Shown here: positions 37,825 to 51,404 of the stretch, one piece after another
How positions within the stretch are numbered: the first letter of the stretch is position 1
Layout of the letters: the number at the start of each line of letters is the position of its first letter
The notes under the pieces: model-generated
Seen by the model: the letters and a program-made list of their open reading frames with translations, nothing else
Databases searched by the model: none
Told to the model about the DNA's origin: nothing
Program-made: the position numbers and the translations under genes
DNA from: Malacoraja senta
Taxonomy: Eukaryota
Direction of reading: 5' to 3'
Assembly: GCA_038087875.1 (NCBI GenBank)
Contig: CM075977.1
Span: forward strand, 271,250,001 to 271,314,000
Length of the DNA: 64,000 bases

Positions 37825-40076
37825 CAGGGCTGCCAACATTGAGTGAGAGTTGAGAGTGAAAAATTGCAAGGGAGTGTAGCGACCGAGGGGGGGAGGGTGT
37901 GGGAGGGGGGTATCCCCCCTCCACTGTAGGGAGCTCTTGCATTTTTCAGCTTGAAATTATGCAATCTGGAGCATACTGTAGCAAGTCTTTTAACTTACAC
38001 TTGAATGCAACATTTATGCTTCAAATTGGATTAGGTATGAATAAGGTTATGCTAAATTACATTCCTAATTACATTCCACAGTAGAGCCAGGCTCTGATGA
38101 ACAGGTGCAGCACATGAATGACCTTAGTATATTCATGCATAGAAATCAGATTATAATTCATGCTGTTATGCATATATATATATAGAGAGAGAAAAAACAT
38201 AGAAACCAGGCAAGAGGAGTCAGACTTCCGTCACTGTTCTGCACAAATAAATTAATCAACTTTACCCTTTGACTATAGAAACAAGGCAAAAATAATGCCA
38301 CATGTTCAACCGTATATGGTTCAATGAAATTAAGATATATATGTAAAACATATATATGGAAACAGGCCCTTCGGCCCACCAAGTCCACAACGACAAGCAA
38401 TCTACCATACAACAGTTATATCCTACATGCCAGGGACAATTTACAAAAGCCAATTAACCTACAAACCTGCACTTCTTTCGGATGTGGGAGAAACCAGAAT
38501 ATCCAGAGAAAACCCATGTGGTCTCCATAGGGAGAATGCACAAATACTGTACAGACAGCACCCATAGTCAGGATCAAATCTGGGTCTGTGGTGCTGTAAG
38601 GCAGTGACTCTACCGCTGCGCCACCGTGCCACCCCATTAAATTATTTTTGCTGTATCATATTTATTATGGTGTCATGTCAATAAAGATGAACACATGATT
38701 CTGATTTCTGCCCTTAGTTGGATAACACACATCTCCAGTCATTTTGTTTTATGGCTGGTTTTCAACCTCTTCAGTCTGAAGGTCTCGACCCAAAACATCA
38801 CCTATTCTTTCTCTTCAGAGATGCTGCCTGTCCTGCTGAGTTATTCAGCTTTTTGTGTCTATCTTCAGTTTAAACCACCATCTGCAGTTCCTCCCTACAC
38901 TCTTTGTTAAGCGAAACAGGTCCTATTCTCATAATATTATTCAGCTCAACTAAATCTTTTCTTCACCTCCGTTGCTGCAGAGAATACAATCCCAGTTATC
39001 AAATCTTTCCTCAAAGTGAAAAAAGGATCCAGCCCTTCCAAACTCTTCATAAATCGCCCTCTGGATCCTCTCCAGAGCAATTGCACCCTTTCTACAATGT
39101 GTCATCGTCTTACAGCATGGAAACAGGCCTTTCATCCCAATTTGTCCATGCAGATCAAGATGCCCCATCTAAACTAGTCCCATTTATCCGCATTTGGCCC
39201 ATATCCCTTTAAGCCTTGTGTGGGTCAGTGTAAGGGTGTGTATCAGTGTGTGTTAGGTTGTGTGTGAGAGTGTGTGTTAGGTTGTGTGTGAGAGTGTGTG
39301 TCAGTGAAGCGGCGACAACACCCGGAGTGAGCGGAGACTTGGCGATGTCTGGGGAACGTTTCCCTCCCACCCCCCCCCCCCCGGGAATGCGGGCCGACCC
39401 AGGAGCTCTGTGTCCAGCTGGGGTCCGGGGGAGAGGTGAGGGACAGTGACCCGGGGGTTGGGCATCGGAGCGGAGCCTTAGCCAGAGATTTATCCCCGCG
39501 GCTCCGGAGGTGGCACCAACACGACGCCCCTCACACGCCCTCTCCACTCCTGGCTCCGGGTCAGGGTTACAACTCCATGGAGTGTGGACAGAGCGGCCGC
39601 CGGACACAGAGCCGCCGGAGGTGAGGGTGGGAGGTGTGAGCGGTGCCCCAGCCAGGGGTCGGTGCTGGGTCCACCGCTGTGTCTCACCTATCACACCATC
39701 TGCATGGGAATTTGAATGCGGGTGAGGCAGCATCTATAGAGCGGTAGACAAAAATGCTGGAGAAATGCTTGAGTCTGAAGAAGGGTCAAACTCAGACATA
39801 GATGCTGCCTCACCCGCTGAGTTTTTCCATCATTTTTGTCTACATTGCCATTTTAAATAGTGTGCGATGGGCTTAAGCCAATCAAATTGCTTGTTCTTTA
39901 CGGGAAACCCACCAACAGAAAACTATACTTATTGGTGAGTGTGGAGGAGTGTGCGTTTATTTATTTATTTATTTATTAAAAATTGAGCGTGAGAACTTCT
40001 GTCATCAGCGTGAGAGCGTGAGAATTTCATGAAATGCGTGAGTCTCGCGCTCAATGCGTAAGAGTTGGCAGCCCTG
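37825..40076. mobile_element. Non-autonomous DNA transposon with 7-bp TSD (P- or hAT-like, superfamily uncertain), containing nested SINE, CR1 and Penelope pieces
   Basis: TIRs CAGGGCTGCCAAC and GTTGGCAGCCCTG; GATTAAG duplicated at 37818-37824 and 40077-40083. Confidence 0.75.
38355..38635 (-). mobile_element. V-SINE (HE1-like)
   Basis: Matches the SINE consensus within the window. Confidence 0.8.
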
Positions 40077-40850
40077 GATTAAGTTCATCAGTGAAGATAG
40101 ACACAAAAAGCTGGAATAACTCAGCGGGACAGGCAGCATCTCTGGCGAGAAGGAATGGGTGACATATCGGGTCGATGATGTAGAGAGATAAAGAACGGTG
40201 CCCTGGACCAGATACAATTGCAGCATGTGCATGGAAATAACAGGCGGGAGCAGCAAGGACCAAGAACCAAAATGTATTTGTCCTAAGCGGAATAAACCAG
40301 GTGAATGCTGGGTCTCAATTAAGCTCCTTGCGAAACTGCTGAGTTGTTGAGAGTACCCATCTGGTTCTCTAATATCCTTCAGGGAAGGAAATTTGTCTGG
40401 ACTATGGTGTCATATGAGTCATGCAATATGATTAACACTTAACTGTGGACTCAGTTCAAGGCAATAAAACAGAGAAATAAATGCCAGTGTTGCCAGGTAC
40501 ATCTAGATCCTCAGAAGAAATAATGTAAAAAGTTACAATGTAGTGCTTTCCTAATGTGGATGTTTTCCTAAAAGACCAACTGTATTGATGCATTGTTCCC
40601 CTGTGGCCATATGGTTATTTCCTTCGTATTGTGCGTAGATATCAGTGATGCCGATCACTATGAGTGTCTGGCTTTGAAAAGCTAGCTAGTGACTGATGCA
40701 AGTGAGAGCATTGTCTGGAGGCCTGTAGTTGGAGAAACCGTCTTGAAAGTCTGAGTCCACAATGCCAGTGCACCTCAACCATGGGTGAGCCAACAAAAGT
40801 ATTTTTAACTGTCCAGACTCCAACCCCTGAAACCCTCCAACTATTGCTAA

Positions 40851-41106
40851 AGGGCCTGTCCCACTTGCCGATTTTTTCGGTGACTGCCGGCGTGATTGAC
40901 TGACATATCAGGGTCGCCGAAAGATTTTGAACATTTCAAAATCCAGCAGCGACAAAAAAAATGTTGCGACACTTGATGAGACACCACGCATCAATACGTC
41001 GTCACCCTGTGTCACGCCGCGTCACGCCGTGACTTTTTCGGTAACCTGATACGTCAGTCAATGATGTCGACAGTCGCCAAAAAAATCGCCAAGTGAGACA
41101 GGCCCT
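40851..41106. mobile_element. Harbinger MITE
   Basis: TIRs AGGGCCTGTCCCACTTG.CGATTTTTT and AAAAAATCGCCAAGTGAGACAGGCCCT; TAA TSD at 40848-40850 and 41107-41109. Confidence 0.85.
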
Positions 41107-42873
41107 TAACACAAATGTTTAACTGTTGCCTAGATAAACTGCTTTCCACTGGGTAGCAAAGGTCTCCTATCATATAGGATCTACATGTATAGGAAGGAAC
41201 TGCAGGTGCTGGTTTAAACTGAAGTAGACACAAAAAGCTGGAGTAACGTTTCGGGTCGAGACCCTTCTCCAGAGATGTTGCCTGTCCCGCTGAGTTACTC
41301 CAGCTTTTTGTGTCCATCTTCTCCCATATGTAGCTCTGCTCTTAAAGGACAGCGATGCGAACCCATGGTACAACAATCAGATCCTGGTTGATAACAGTGC
41401 TCTCGTTAGAGGCAGCAAGGTCCTCAATAGCCTCTGTGAGTGGCTCCTCAACAACAGGAATCTGCATCATGAACTGCTGCAACATAAAGGTCATAAGTGA
41501 TAGGAGCAGAATTAAGCCATTCGGCCCATCAAGTCTACTCTGCCATTCAATCATGGCTGATCTATCACTCCTAACCCCATTCTCTTGCCTTCTCCCCATA
41601 ACCCNNNNNNNNNNNNNNNNNNNNNNNNNNNNNNNNNNNNNNNNNNNNNNNNNNNNNNNNNNNNNNNNNNNNNNNNNNNNNNNNNNNNNNNNNNNNNNNN
41701 NNNNNNNNNNNNNNNNNNNNNNNNNNNNNNNNNNNNNNNNNNNNNNNNNNNNAGAGGTGCATCCCAATTCCATTGTGGAAATTATGAACTCTTATCTCTG
41801 CATAAACCCTTATGTGTGCTGGAGAAGGACAACTCCTCCGTTTTGACATGGACCTTGTCAGTTGGACTGGAAAATGCACTGAGCACATGGACAATGCATC
41901 TGCATCAGCCTTTTCCCAGACTGGTATGCGTTGTTCTCTTTGCCTTTGGTGCTGCACCCTGAAAGCGTCGCGCCAATTAAAAAAAAATGCTACTACATTT
42001 TTTCTCTCCCTATTCAACCCTTTTATTGTCATATCTGAATTGATATTTTCCTTCCTCTTCCCCCTCCTCCTCTTCCTCAATGTAACTATATTCCTGCAAA
42101 GGCCGCGTGTTGGGCTGGTGGTATCTGTACACCTCTGCAGCAATAAAGACAACACGTTTGTAAAGAAGCACTACACGTAGGTTGACAAGTAAATATACAG
42201 ATACGTTTATGCAGAACAGTCACGATGGAAAGACGCATCGTAAAGGTCCAAAATATAGCTGTATAACAGGGTGATCTGCTACATCCTCAGCTTTACCAGA
42301 TCTAGTGTTCTGAGTGTCGCCAATGTCCATCAGGAGATGTACCCTCCAATNNNNNNNNNNNNNNNNNNNNNNNNNNNNNNNNNNNNNNNNNNNNNNNNNN
42401 NNNNNNNNNNNNNNNNNNNNNNNNNNNNNNNNNNNNNNNNNNNNNNNNNNNNNNNNNNNNNNNNNNNNNNNNNNNNNNNNNNNNNNNNNNNNNNNNNNNN
42501 NNNNNNNNNNNNNNNNNNNNNNNNNNNNNNNNNNNNNNNNNNNNNNNNNNNNNNNNNNNNNNNNNNNNNNNNNNNNNNNNNNNNNNNNNNNNNNNNNNNN
42601 NTCAGCTGTCATCTCCTGCATCATCTCAACGAGGTGCATGTTACCTACGCTCCAGGGCTTCCACAATGTTTCAGCAGGAAAACAAGGGAAGTTGTACTTC
42701 CAATGCTGCGGGTCACTCAAGAGCACCCCTGCAGGTCTAGGGCAGCGACATCAACTAGCGCAAGATTGGGCCAGCGGGTGCATGAAATTGATGTGGTTAC
42801 TGTTGAGACCTGTGCAGTTCCCCTTTCCAGGTATCTTTGGACATTCCAAACATGCCCACATACTTTCACGAGG

Positions 42874-45800
42874 ATTGTGATCCAACACTTTACCTGAGCT
42901 GCACCAACAAGAATAGAAGCAGATTAAGCTCAATCTGTATATTTTTATCCCCTATTTAAGAGCAAACCAAATTCTGGACTAGAATGGCACTGAAAAGGGT
43001 GCTTTTGTATTTTGCAGGTCCCTTAGGAAATAATTTCCTTTATTGGCTTGACAGTTAAAGTGCCTACACATTATGAAAGCTGGATTTTCTTCACAATTAC
43101 ATGCGATAATCACACATTACACATACTTTCAAATTGGTGCAAACTTATTTGTGCAATCTTCTGCCATGGTGAGAGCTTTGATGCACATTTATAATGATGT
43201 GAGGAACGACTGCTTCTGGCTGTTGGGTTGATTTGGGGCTGTTTTTATTTTGTTGCTGGAATAGAAATGGGATCAAAACTGCGTACGTCTCTGGCAGACA
43301 TTGAGATAAAATGGCATCCATGATACATACCTGGGCAAGGAACTCTCAGGACACTACCAACTACTTCTCCCTACCATCCACTCGCATGAAAGAAAAGGTA
43401 TTGCGTTGCAACATAGGAGACACTGAGACCATCACAAAGGTTTTGATCTGTTGTTAAAGATTCCAGATAGTAGTTAAGTTAGGAATGGATCCATTGTCAT
43501 GTGCTGCCTTCCTCCTGAGGTATATGCATTCACAGAGAATCATGGTGCAATTTACTCAGTGTCCACACAGAAGAGCTGATTGGTTTTGGTAATTGATTTC
43601 CAATTTCAAATCCATCATATTGCATGTAAAAAACACATGCTAAGTGATAGAATTTCTAGCATAACATCTCTTGTGGCTATAACTTGTAGCTTGCAGCAAT
43701 GAAGCAACTGTTTTCTATCATGCATTTTTAATCTTGGAGAGATTTCAACAATCTTTGGCAAACTACAATCTCTGTCTCCCTGGTAACAATAAACTTTTGA
43801 TTTGTGTTAAGCAAGAAGCATCGGCCAATCAGGGCAACAGAAGGCTAAATGTTGTCATTATTTCAAATACTTATTTACTATACAGTATATTATAAAATTG
43901 CTACTCAGAACACTCTGGTCTCAACATTAACTCACAATAAACTTTGACTTATTTCTCTCCATTCCTTTCTGGAACAAAACATAGACTTGACAGAAAATAA
44001 GATTTTATGTTTATCTAGGGTACAGTTTTCCACTGGTGATGACAGCAATATGGCCACAAAGGCTTTGCTTCTGATCAGTAACCTTCATCTTTATTTGTGA
44101 TTCGACCATTCACTGGGAAGGGGAGGGAAATCAGTTTCATTGCACGCTCTGCTAAATTCTCTAAATGTCATTATGTATACAGTCAGCTGACACCAGAAAT
44201 GTATAGATGTGGCTATTCTCTACACCACTGGAATTTGTGGTTGTACCGTCAGCGGCAGAAGAGTGTTCGACCTAAGATGTTAACTTTGGTTCTCCTTCCA
44301 AGAATGCTGCCTGACATCCAGGGCCGGATTTAAGTATAAGTTTGACAAACTTAAGCTTATGGCCTCGAGATCTAGGGGGGCCTCGCAGAGCCGGATTTAC
44401 CACTAGGCTTCATAGGCTGAAGCGTAGGGCCTCAAAATCTAGGCGGCCTCCGGCCAAGACAGGACACCTGCTGTTCAACTCTGGGCGGGCCCCCTCCCTA
44501 TCTCTCTCTCTCTGTCACTCTCCGTCTCCGCCGGGTCTCCGCTCTCCACTCGCTCCTCATCCGCCGGCACGGCAGGCCGCCTTGCACATGCGCACTGCTA
44601 CGGCCAGCACATTCTACCCCTACACATGCGCACAACCACAGCCAGCACATCATCGGCCGCCCTGCACATGCGCACTGCCACGGAAACTGGTCGGAGCTGG
44701 GCACTTTCTCCCTCGCTTTGAATTGTGAGAGATCTGGCCGCCATTGCTATCCAGTAGCCACCTCGCCGCGACCGCTGAAAACCAACGCAGAATTACTCCC
44801 TGACCCTGGATCTGGAGTAGCTCCCTGGAGTAACTCTTGCTTCTGGTCTCCTGGTCCTCCATAAATATTTTAAATGGAATTTAAACTAGAGGTGGTGGAG
44901 GGCTGAACAATAACAGCCTATTGCATTTTATCTGTTTATTTATTGTGTATATATATATATGGTCTATGGTATATAAACACACTGAACTTTTATCTCCTGT
45001 TCTGTATTATGTTTACATATTCTGTTGTGCTGCAGCAAGCAAGAATTTCATTGTCCTATCTGGGACACATGACAATAAAACTCTCTTGACTCTTGACTTG
45101 GACTTAAGCAAAAAAGGGTTCTTGGGGAAAAAAGAGGTACCTTAAATTTAGTTGCATCTGGTTGGGTAACTATGGTAGGGTGATGACTATTCCATGCGTT
45201 ATTTGTGCGGGCGAACTCCATGGAGCAGCCAGCAACTCTGGATAGAAGAAATTGGGTGACGTTTCAATAGACAATAGACAAGTGTTTTTAGTTTAATTTA
45301 AAGATACAGCGTGGAAACAGGCCCTTTGGCCCACCGAGTCTACGCCGACCATTGATCACCCGTACACTAGTTCTATCCCACACATTAGCGGAGTAAGTCA
45401 AGAGTCAAGAGTGTTTTATTCTCTCACGTCCCAGTTAGAACAATGAAATTCTTACTTGCAGCAGCACAACAGAATATGTAAACATAGTACTCTGTAAACA
45501 ATGTTATAAACGAGAAAACAAAACAGTGTATNNNNNNNNNNNNNNNNNNNNNNNNNNNNNNNNNNNNNNNNNNNNNNNNNNNNNNNNNNNNNNNNNNNNN
45601 NNNNNNNNNNNNNNNNNNNNNNNNNNNNNNNNNNNNNNNNNNNNNNNNNNNNNNNNNNNNNNNNNNNNNNNNNNNNNNNNNNNNNNNNNNNNNNNNNNNN
45701 NNNNNNNNNNNNNNNNNNNNNNNNNNNNNNNNNNNTTCTATCGTATAGTATCGTGTGTGTAGGAAGGAACTGCAGATGCTGGTTTAAACTGAAGATAGAC

Positions 45801-48800
45801 ACAAACAACTGAAGTAACTCAACAGGTCAGACAGAATCTCTGGACAAAAGGAAAATATTACGTTTTGTGTTGGGTGTGAAATAGGTTCCTGCACACCTTT
45901 GGAATGTGGAAGGAAACAAGAGCACCCGGAGAAAACCCATGCGATCAAAGGGAAAAGGAGCAAACTCTATACAGACAGCACCCATATTCAGGATCAATTC
46001 CGGGTCTCTGGCACTTTTAGGCAGCAACTTTATGGCCAATGTACTGCCCCATAGTCTTGAACTTAATTAAAACATACAGTAGCTGTAAAGGGGGACATAG
46101 CATCACTTGGAGATTTAAAACTGAAAATGGATAGTTATTTTTTCAGTAACCAAAGTTATCAACGTATAATTTTTTGTGTGTTGGAAAACAAAATATAGTG
46201 GCACAGCTGGTAGACTTGCTGCCTCACACGCCAGAGATCTGTGTTCGATCCTGTCCTCGGGCACTGTCTGCGTTTAATTTGCACATTCTCCCTGCAAGGG
46301 TGTGGGTTTCCGCCCACATCCCAAAGACGCATTGGCTTTGTAGGTTAACTTGTCTCTGTAAAATTGCCCCTAATGTGTAGGGAGTGTGTGAGGAAAGTGG
46401 GATAACAGAAGTTGTGTGAATGGGGAGACAAAAATGCTGGAGAAACTCAGCGGGTTAAGCAGCATCTATGGAGCGAAGGAAATAGGCGATGTTTCGGGTC
46501 GAGACCCTTCTTCAGACTGATGTGAGGGTGGGGGTGCGGGAAGAAGAAAGGAAGAGTCGGAGACAGTGGGCTGAGGGAGAGCTGGGAAGGGGAGGAGAAA
46601 GCAGAGATTACCTGAAATTGAAGTAGTCAATGTTCATACCGCTGGGGTGTAAACTGCCCAAGCGAAATATGAGGTGCTGCTCCTCTAATTTATGGTGGGC
46701 CTCACTCTGGCCATGGAAGAGGCCCAGGACAGAAAGGTCGGATTCGGAATGGGGGGGGGGGGGAGTTGAAGTACTGAGCCACCGGGAGATCAGGTTGGTT
46801 ATTGCGGACCGAGCGGAGGTGTTGGGCGAAGCGATCGCCAAGCGTACGCTTGGTCTCACCGATGTAGAGCAGCTGACACCTAGAGCAGTGGATGCAATAG
46901 ATGAGGTTGGAGGAGGTGCAGGTGAACCTCTGCCGCACCCGGAAAGACTGCTTAGGTCCTTGAATGGAGTCAAGGGAGGAGGTAAAGCAACAAGTGTAGC
47001 ATTTCCTGCAGTTGCAAGGGAAAGTGCCAGGAGAGGGGGTGGTNNNNNNNNNNNNNNNNNNNNNNNNNNNNNNNNNNNNNNNNNNNNNNNNNNNNNNNNN
47101 NNNNNNNNNNNNNNNNNNNNNNNNNNNNNNNNNNNNNNNNNNNNNNNNNNNNNNNNNNNNNNNNNNNNNNNNNNNNNNNNNNNNNNNNNNNNNNNNNNNN
47201 NNNNNNNNNNNNNNNNNNNNNNNNNNNNNNNNNNNNNNNNNNNATTGTGATCCAACACTTTACCTGAGCTGCACCAACAAGAATAGAAGCAGATTAAGCT
47301 CAATCTGTATATTTTTATCCCCTATTTAAGAGCAAACCAAATTCTGGACTAGAATGGCACTGAAAAGGGTGCTTTTGTATTTTGCAGGTCCCTTAGGAAA
47401 TAATTTCCTTTATTGGCTTGACAGTTAAAGTGCCTACACATTATGAAAGCTGGATTTTCTTCACAATTACATGCGATAATCACACATTACACATACTTTC
47501 AAATTGGTGCAAACTTATTTGTGCAATCTTCTGCCATGGTGAGAGCTTTGATGCACATTTATAATGATGTGAGGAACGACTGCTTCTGGCTGTTGGGTTG
47601 ATTTGGGGCTGTTTTTATTTTGTTGCTGGAATAGAAATGGGATCAAAACTGCGTACGTCTCTGGCAGACATTGAGATAAAATGGCATCCATGATACATAC
47701 CTGGGCAAGGAACTCTCAGGACACTACCAACTACTTCTCCCTACCATCCACTCGCATGAAAGAAAAGGTATTGCGTTGCAACATAGGAGACACTGAGACC
47801 ATCACAAAGGTTTTGATCTGTTGTTAAAGATTCCAGATAGTAGTTAAGTTAGGAATGGATCCATTGTCATGTGCTGCCTTCCTCCTGAGGTATATGCATT
47901 CACAGAGAATCATGGTGCAATTTACTCAGTGTCCACACAGAAGAGCTGATTGGTTTTGGTAATTGATTTCCAATTTCAAATCCATCATATTGCATGTAAA
48001 AAACACATGCTAAGTGATAGAATTTCTAGCATAACATCTCTTGTGGCTATAACTTGTAGCTTGCAGCAATGAAGCAACTGTTTTCTATCATGCATTTTTA
48101 ATCTTGGAGAGATTTCAACAATCTTTGGCAAACTACAATCTCTGTCTCCCTGGTAACAATAAACTTTTGATTTGTGTTAAGCAAGAAGCATCGGCCAATC
48201 AGGGCAACAGAAGGCTAAATGTTGTCATTATTTCAAATACTTATTTACTATACAGTATATTATAAAATTGCTACTCAGAACACTCTGGTCTCAACATTAA
48301 CTCACAATAAACTTTGACTTATTTCTCTCCATTCCTTTCTGGAACAAAACATAGACTTGACAGAAAATAAGATTTTATGTTTATCTAGGGTACAGTTTTC
48401 CACTGGTGATGACAGCAATATGGCCACAAAGGCTTTGCTTCTGATCAGTAACCTTCATCTTTATTTGTGATTCGACCATTCACTGGGAAGGGGAGGGAAA
48501 TCAGTTTCATTGCACGCTCTGCTAAATTCTCTAAATGTCATTATGTATACAGTCAGCTGACACCAGAAATGTATAGATGTGGCTATTCTCTACACCACTG
48601 GAATTTGTGGTTGTACCATCAGCGGCAGAAGAGTGTTCGACCTAAGATGTTAACTTTGGTTCTCCTTCCAAGAATGCTGCCTGACATCCAGGGCCGGATT
48701 TAAGTATAAGTTTGACAAACTTAAGCTTATGGCCTCGAGATCTAGGGGGGCCTCGCAGAGCCGGATTTACCACTAGGCTTCATAGGCTGAAGCGTAGGGC

Positions 48801-51404
48801 CTCAAAATCTAGGCGGCCTCCGGCCAAGACAGGACACCTGCTGTTCAACTCTGGGCGGGCCCCCTCCCTATCTCTCTCTCTCTGTCACTCTCCGTCTCCG
48901 CCGGGTCTCCGCTCTCCACTCGCTCCTCATCCGCCGGCACGGCAGGCCGCCTTGCACATGCGCACTGCTACGGCCAGCACATTCTACCCCTACACATGCG
49001 CACAACCACAGCCAGCACATCATCGGCCGCCCTGCACATGCGCACTGCCACGGAAACTGGTCGGAGCTGGGCACTTTCTCCCTCGCTTTGAATTGTGAGA
49101 GATCTGGCCGCCATTGCTATCCAGTAGCCACCTCGCCGCGACCGCTGAAAACCAACGCAGAATTACTCCCTGACCCTGGATCTGGAGTAGCTCCCTGGAG
49201 TAACTCTTGCTTCTGGTCTCCTGGTCCTCCATAAATATTTTAAATGGAATTTAAACTAGAGGTGGTGGAGGGCTGAACAATAACAGCCTATTGCATTTTA
49301 TCTGTTTATTTATTGTGTATATATATATGGTCTATGGTATATAAACACACTGAACCTTTATCTCCTGTTCTGTATTATGTTCACATATTCTGTTGTGCTG
49401 CAGCAAGCAAGAATTTCATTGTCCTACCTGGGACACATGACAATAAAACTCTCTTGACTCTTGACTTGGACTTAAGCAAAAAAGGGTTCTTGGGGAAAAA
49501 AGAGGTACCTTAAATTTAGTTGCATCTGGTTGGGTAACTATGGTAGGGTGAAGACTATTCCATGCGTTATTTGTGCGGGCGAACTCCATGGAGCAGCCAG
49601 CAACTCTGGATAGAAGAAATTGGGTGACGTTTCAATAGACAATAGACAAGTGTTTTTAGTTTAATTTAAAGATACAGCGTGGAAACAGGCCCTTTGGCCC
49701 ACCGAGTCTACGCCGACCATTGATCACCCGTACACTAGTTCTATCCCACACATTAGCGGAGTAAGTCAAGAGTCAAGAGTGTTTTATTCTCTCACGTCCC
49801 AGTTAGAACAATGAAATTCTTACTTGCAGCAGCACAACAGAATATGTAAACATAGTACTCTGTAAACAATGTTATAAACGAGAAAACAAAACAGTGTATA
49901 TTTATATNNNNNNNNNNNNNNNNNNNNNNNNNNNNNNNNNNNNNNNNNNNNNNNNNNNNNNNNNNNNNNNNNNNNNNNNNNNNNNNNNNNNNNNNNNNNN
50001 NNNNNNNNNNNNNNNNNNNNNNNNNNNNNNNNNNNNNNNNNNNNNNNNNNNNNNNNNNNNNNNNNNNNNNNNNNNNNNNNNNNNNNNNNNNNNNNNNNNN
50101 NTCTATCGTATAGTATCGTGTGTGTAGGAAGGAACTGCAGATGCTGGTTTAAACTGAAGATAGACACAAACAACTGGAGTAACTCAACAGGTCAGACAGA
50201 ATCTCTGGACAAAAGGAAAATATTACGTTTTGGGTTGGGTGTGAAATAGGTTCCTGCACACCTTTGGAATGTGGAAGGAAACAAGAGCACCCGGAGAAAA
50301 CCCATGCGATCAAAGGGAAAAGGAGCAAACTCTATACAGACAGCACCCATATTCAGGATCAATTCCGGGTCTCTGGCACTTTTAGGCAGCAACTTTATGG
50401 CCAATGTACTGCCCCATAGTCTTGAACTTAATTAAAACATACAGTAGCTGTAAAGGGGACATAGCGTCACTTGGAGATTTAAAACTGAAAATGGATAGTT
50501 ATTTTTTCAGTAACCAAAGTTATCAACGTATAATTTTTGTGTGTTGGAAAACAAATATAGTGGCACAGCTGATAGACTTGCTGCCTCACACGCCAGAGAT
50601 CTGTGTTCGATCCTGTCCTCGGGCACTGTCTGCGTTTAATTTGCACATTCTCCCTGCAAGGGTGTGGGTTTCCTCCCACATCCCAAAGACGCATGGCTTT
50701 GTAGGTTAACTTGTCTCTGTAAAATTGCCCCTAATGTGTAGGGAGTGGGTGAGGAAAGTGGGATAACAGAAGTTATGTGAATGGGTAGACAAAATGCTGG
50801 AGAAACTCAGCGGGTTAAGCAGCATCTATGGAGCGAAGGAAATAGGCGATGTTTCGGGTCGAGACCCTTCTTCAGACTGATGTGAGGGTGGGGGGCGGGA
50901 AGAAGAAAGGAAGAGGCGGAGACAGTGGGCTGAGGGAGAGCTGGGAAGGGGAGGAGAAAGCAGAGATTACCTGAAATTGAAGTAGTCAATGTTCATACCG
51001 CTGGGGTGTAAACTGCCCAAGCGAAATATGAGGTGCTGCTCCTCTAATTTATGGTGGGCCTCACTCTGGCCATGGAAGAGGCCCAGGACAGAAAGGTCGG
51101 ATTCGGAATGGGGGGGGGGGGGGGGAGTGGAAGTACTGAGCCACCGGGAGATCAGGTTGGTTATTGCGGACCGAGCGGAGGTGTTGGGCGAAGCGATCGC
51201 CAAGCCTACTCTTGGTCTCACCGATGTAGAGCAGCTGACACCTAGAGCAGTGGATGCAATAGATGAGGTTGGAGGAGGTGCAGGTGAACCTCTGCCGCAC
51301 CCGGAAAGACTGCTTAGGTGCTTGAATGGAGTCAAGGGAGGAGGTAAAGCAACAAGTATAGCATTTCCTGCAGTTGCAAGGAAAGTGCCAGGAGAGGGGG
51401 TGGT
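42874..51404. repeat. Tandem segmental duplication (42874-47043 vs 47244-51404), separated by an N gap
   Basis: Offset 4370 bp. I saw no differences over roughly the first 1.3 kb, then scattered SNPs and indels. Both copies have an N gap at the same microsatellite. Confidence 0.9.
46425..47043 (-). mobile_element. Penelope-like GIY-YIG fragment with hammerhead repeat (duplicate copy)
   Basis: FTCTSSNLIYCIHCSRCQLLYIGETKR...LEEQHLIFRLGSLHPSGMNIDY. Confidence 0.85.

Noticed and set aside
39209-39733. 174-aa ORF or host CpG-island promoter
   Set aside because: It is low-complexity GC/TG sequence lying within a TIR- and TSD-delimited transposon.
45452-47329. Long ORFs containing X runs
   Set aside because: They are artefacts of N gaps joining unrelated repeat fragments.
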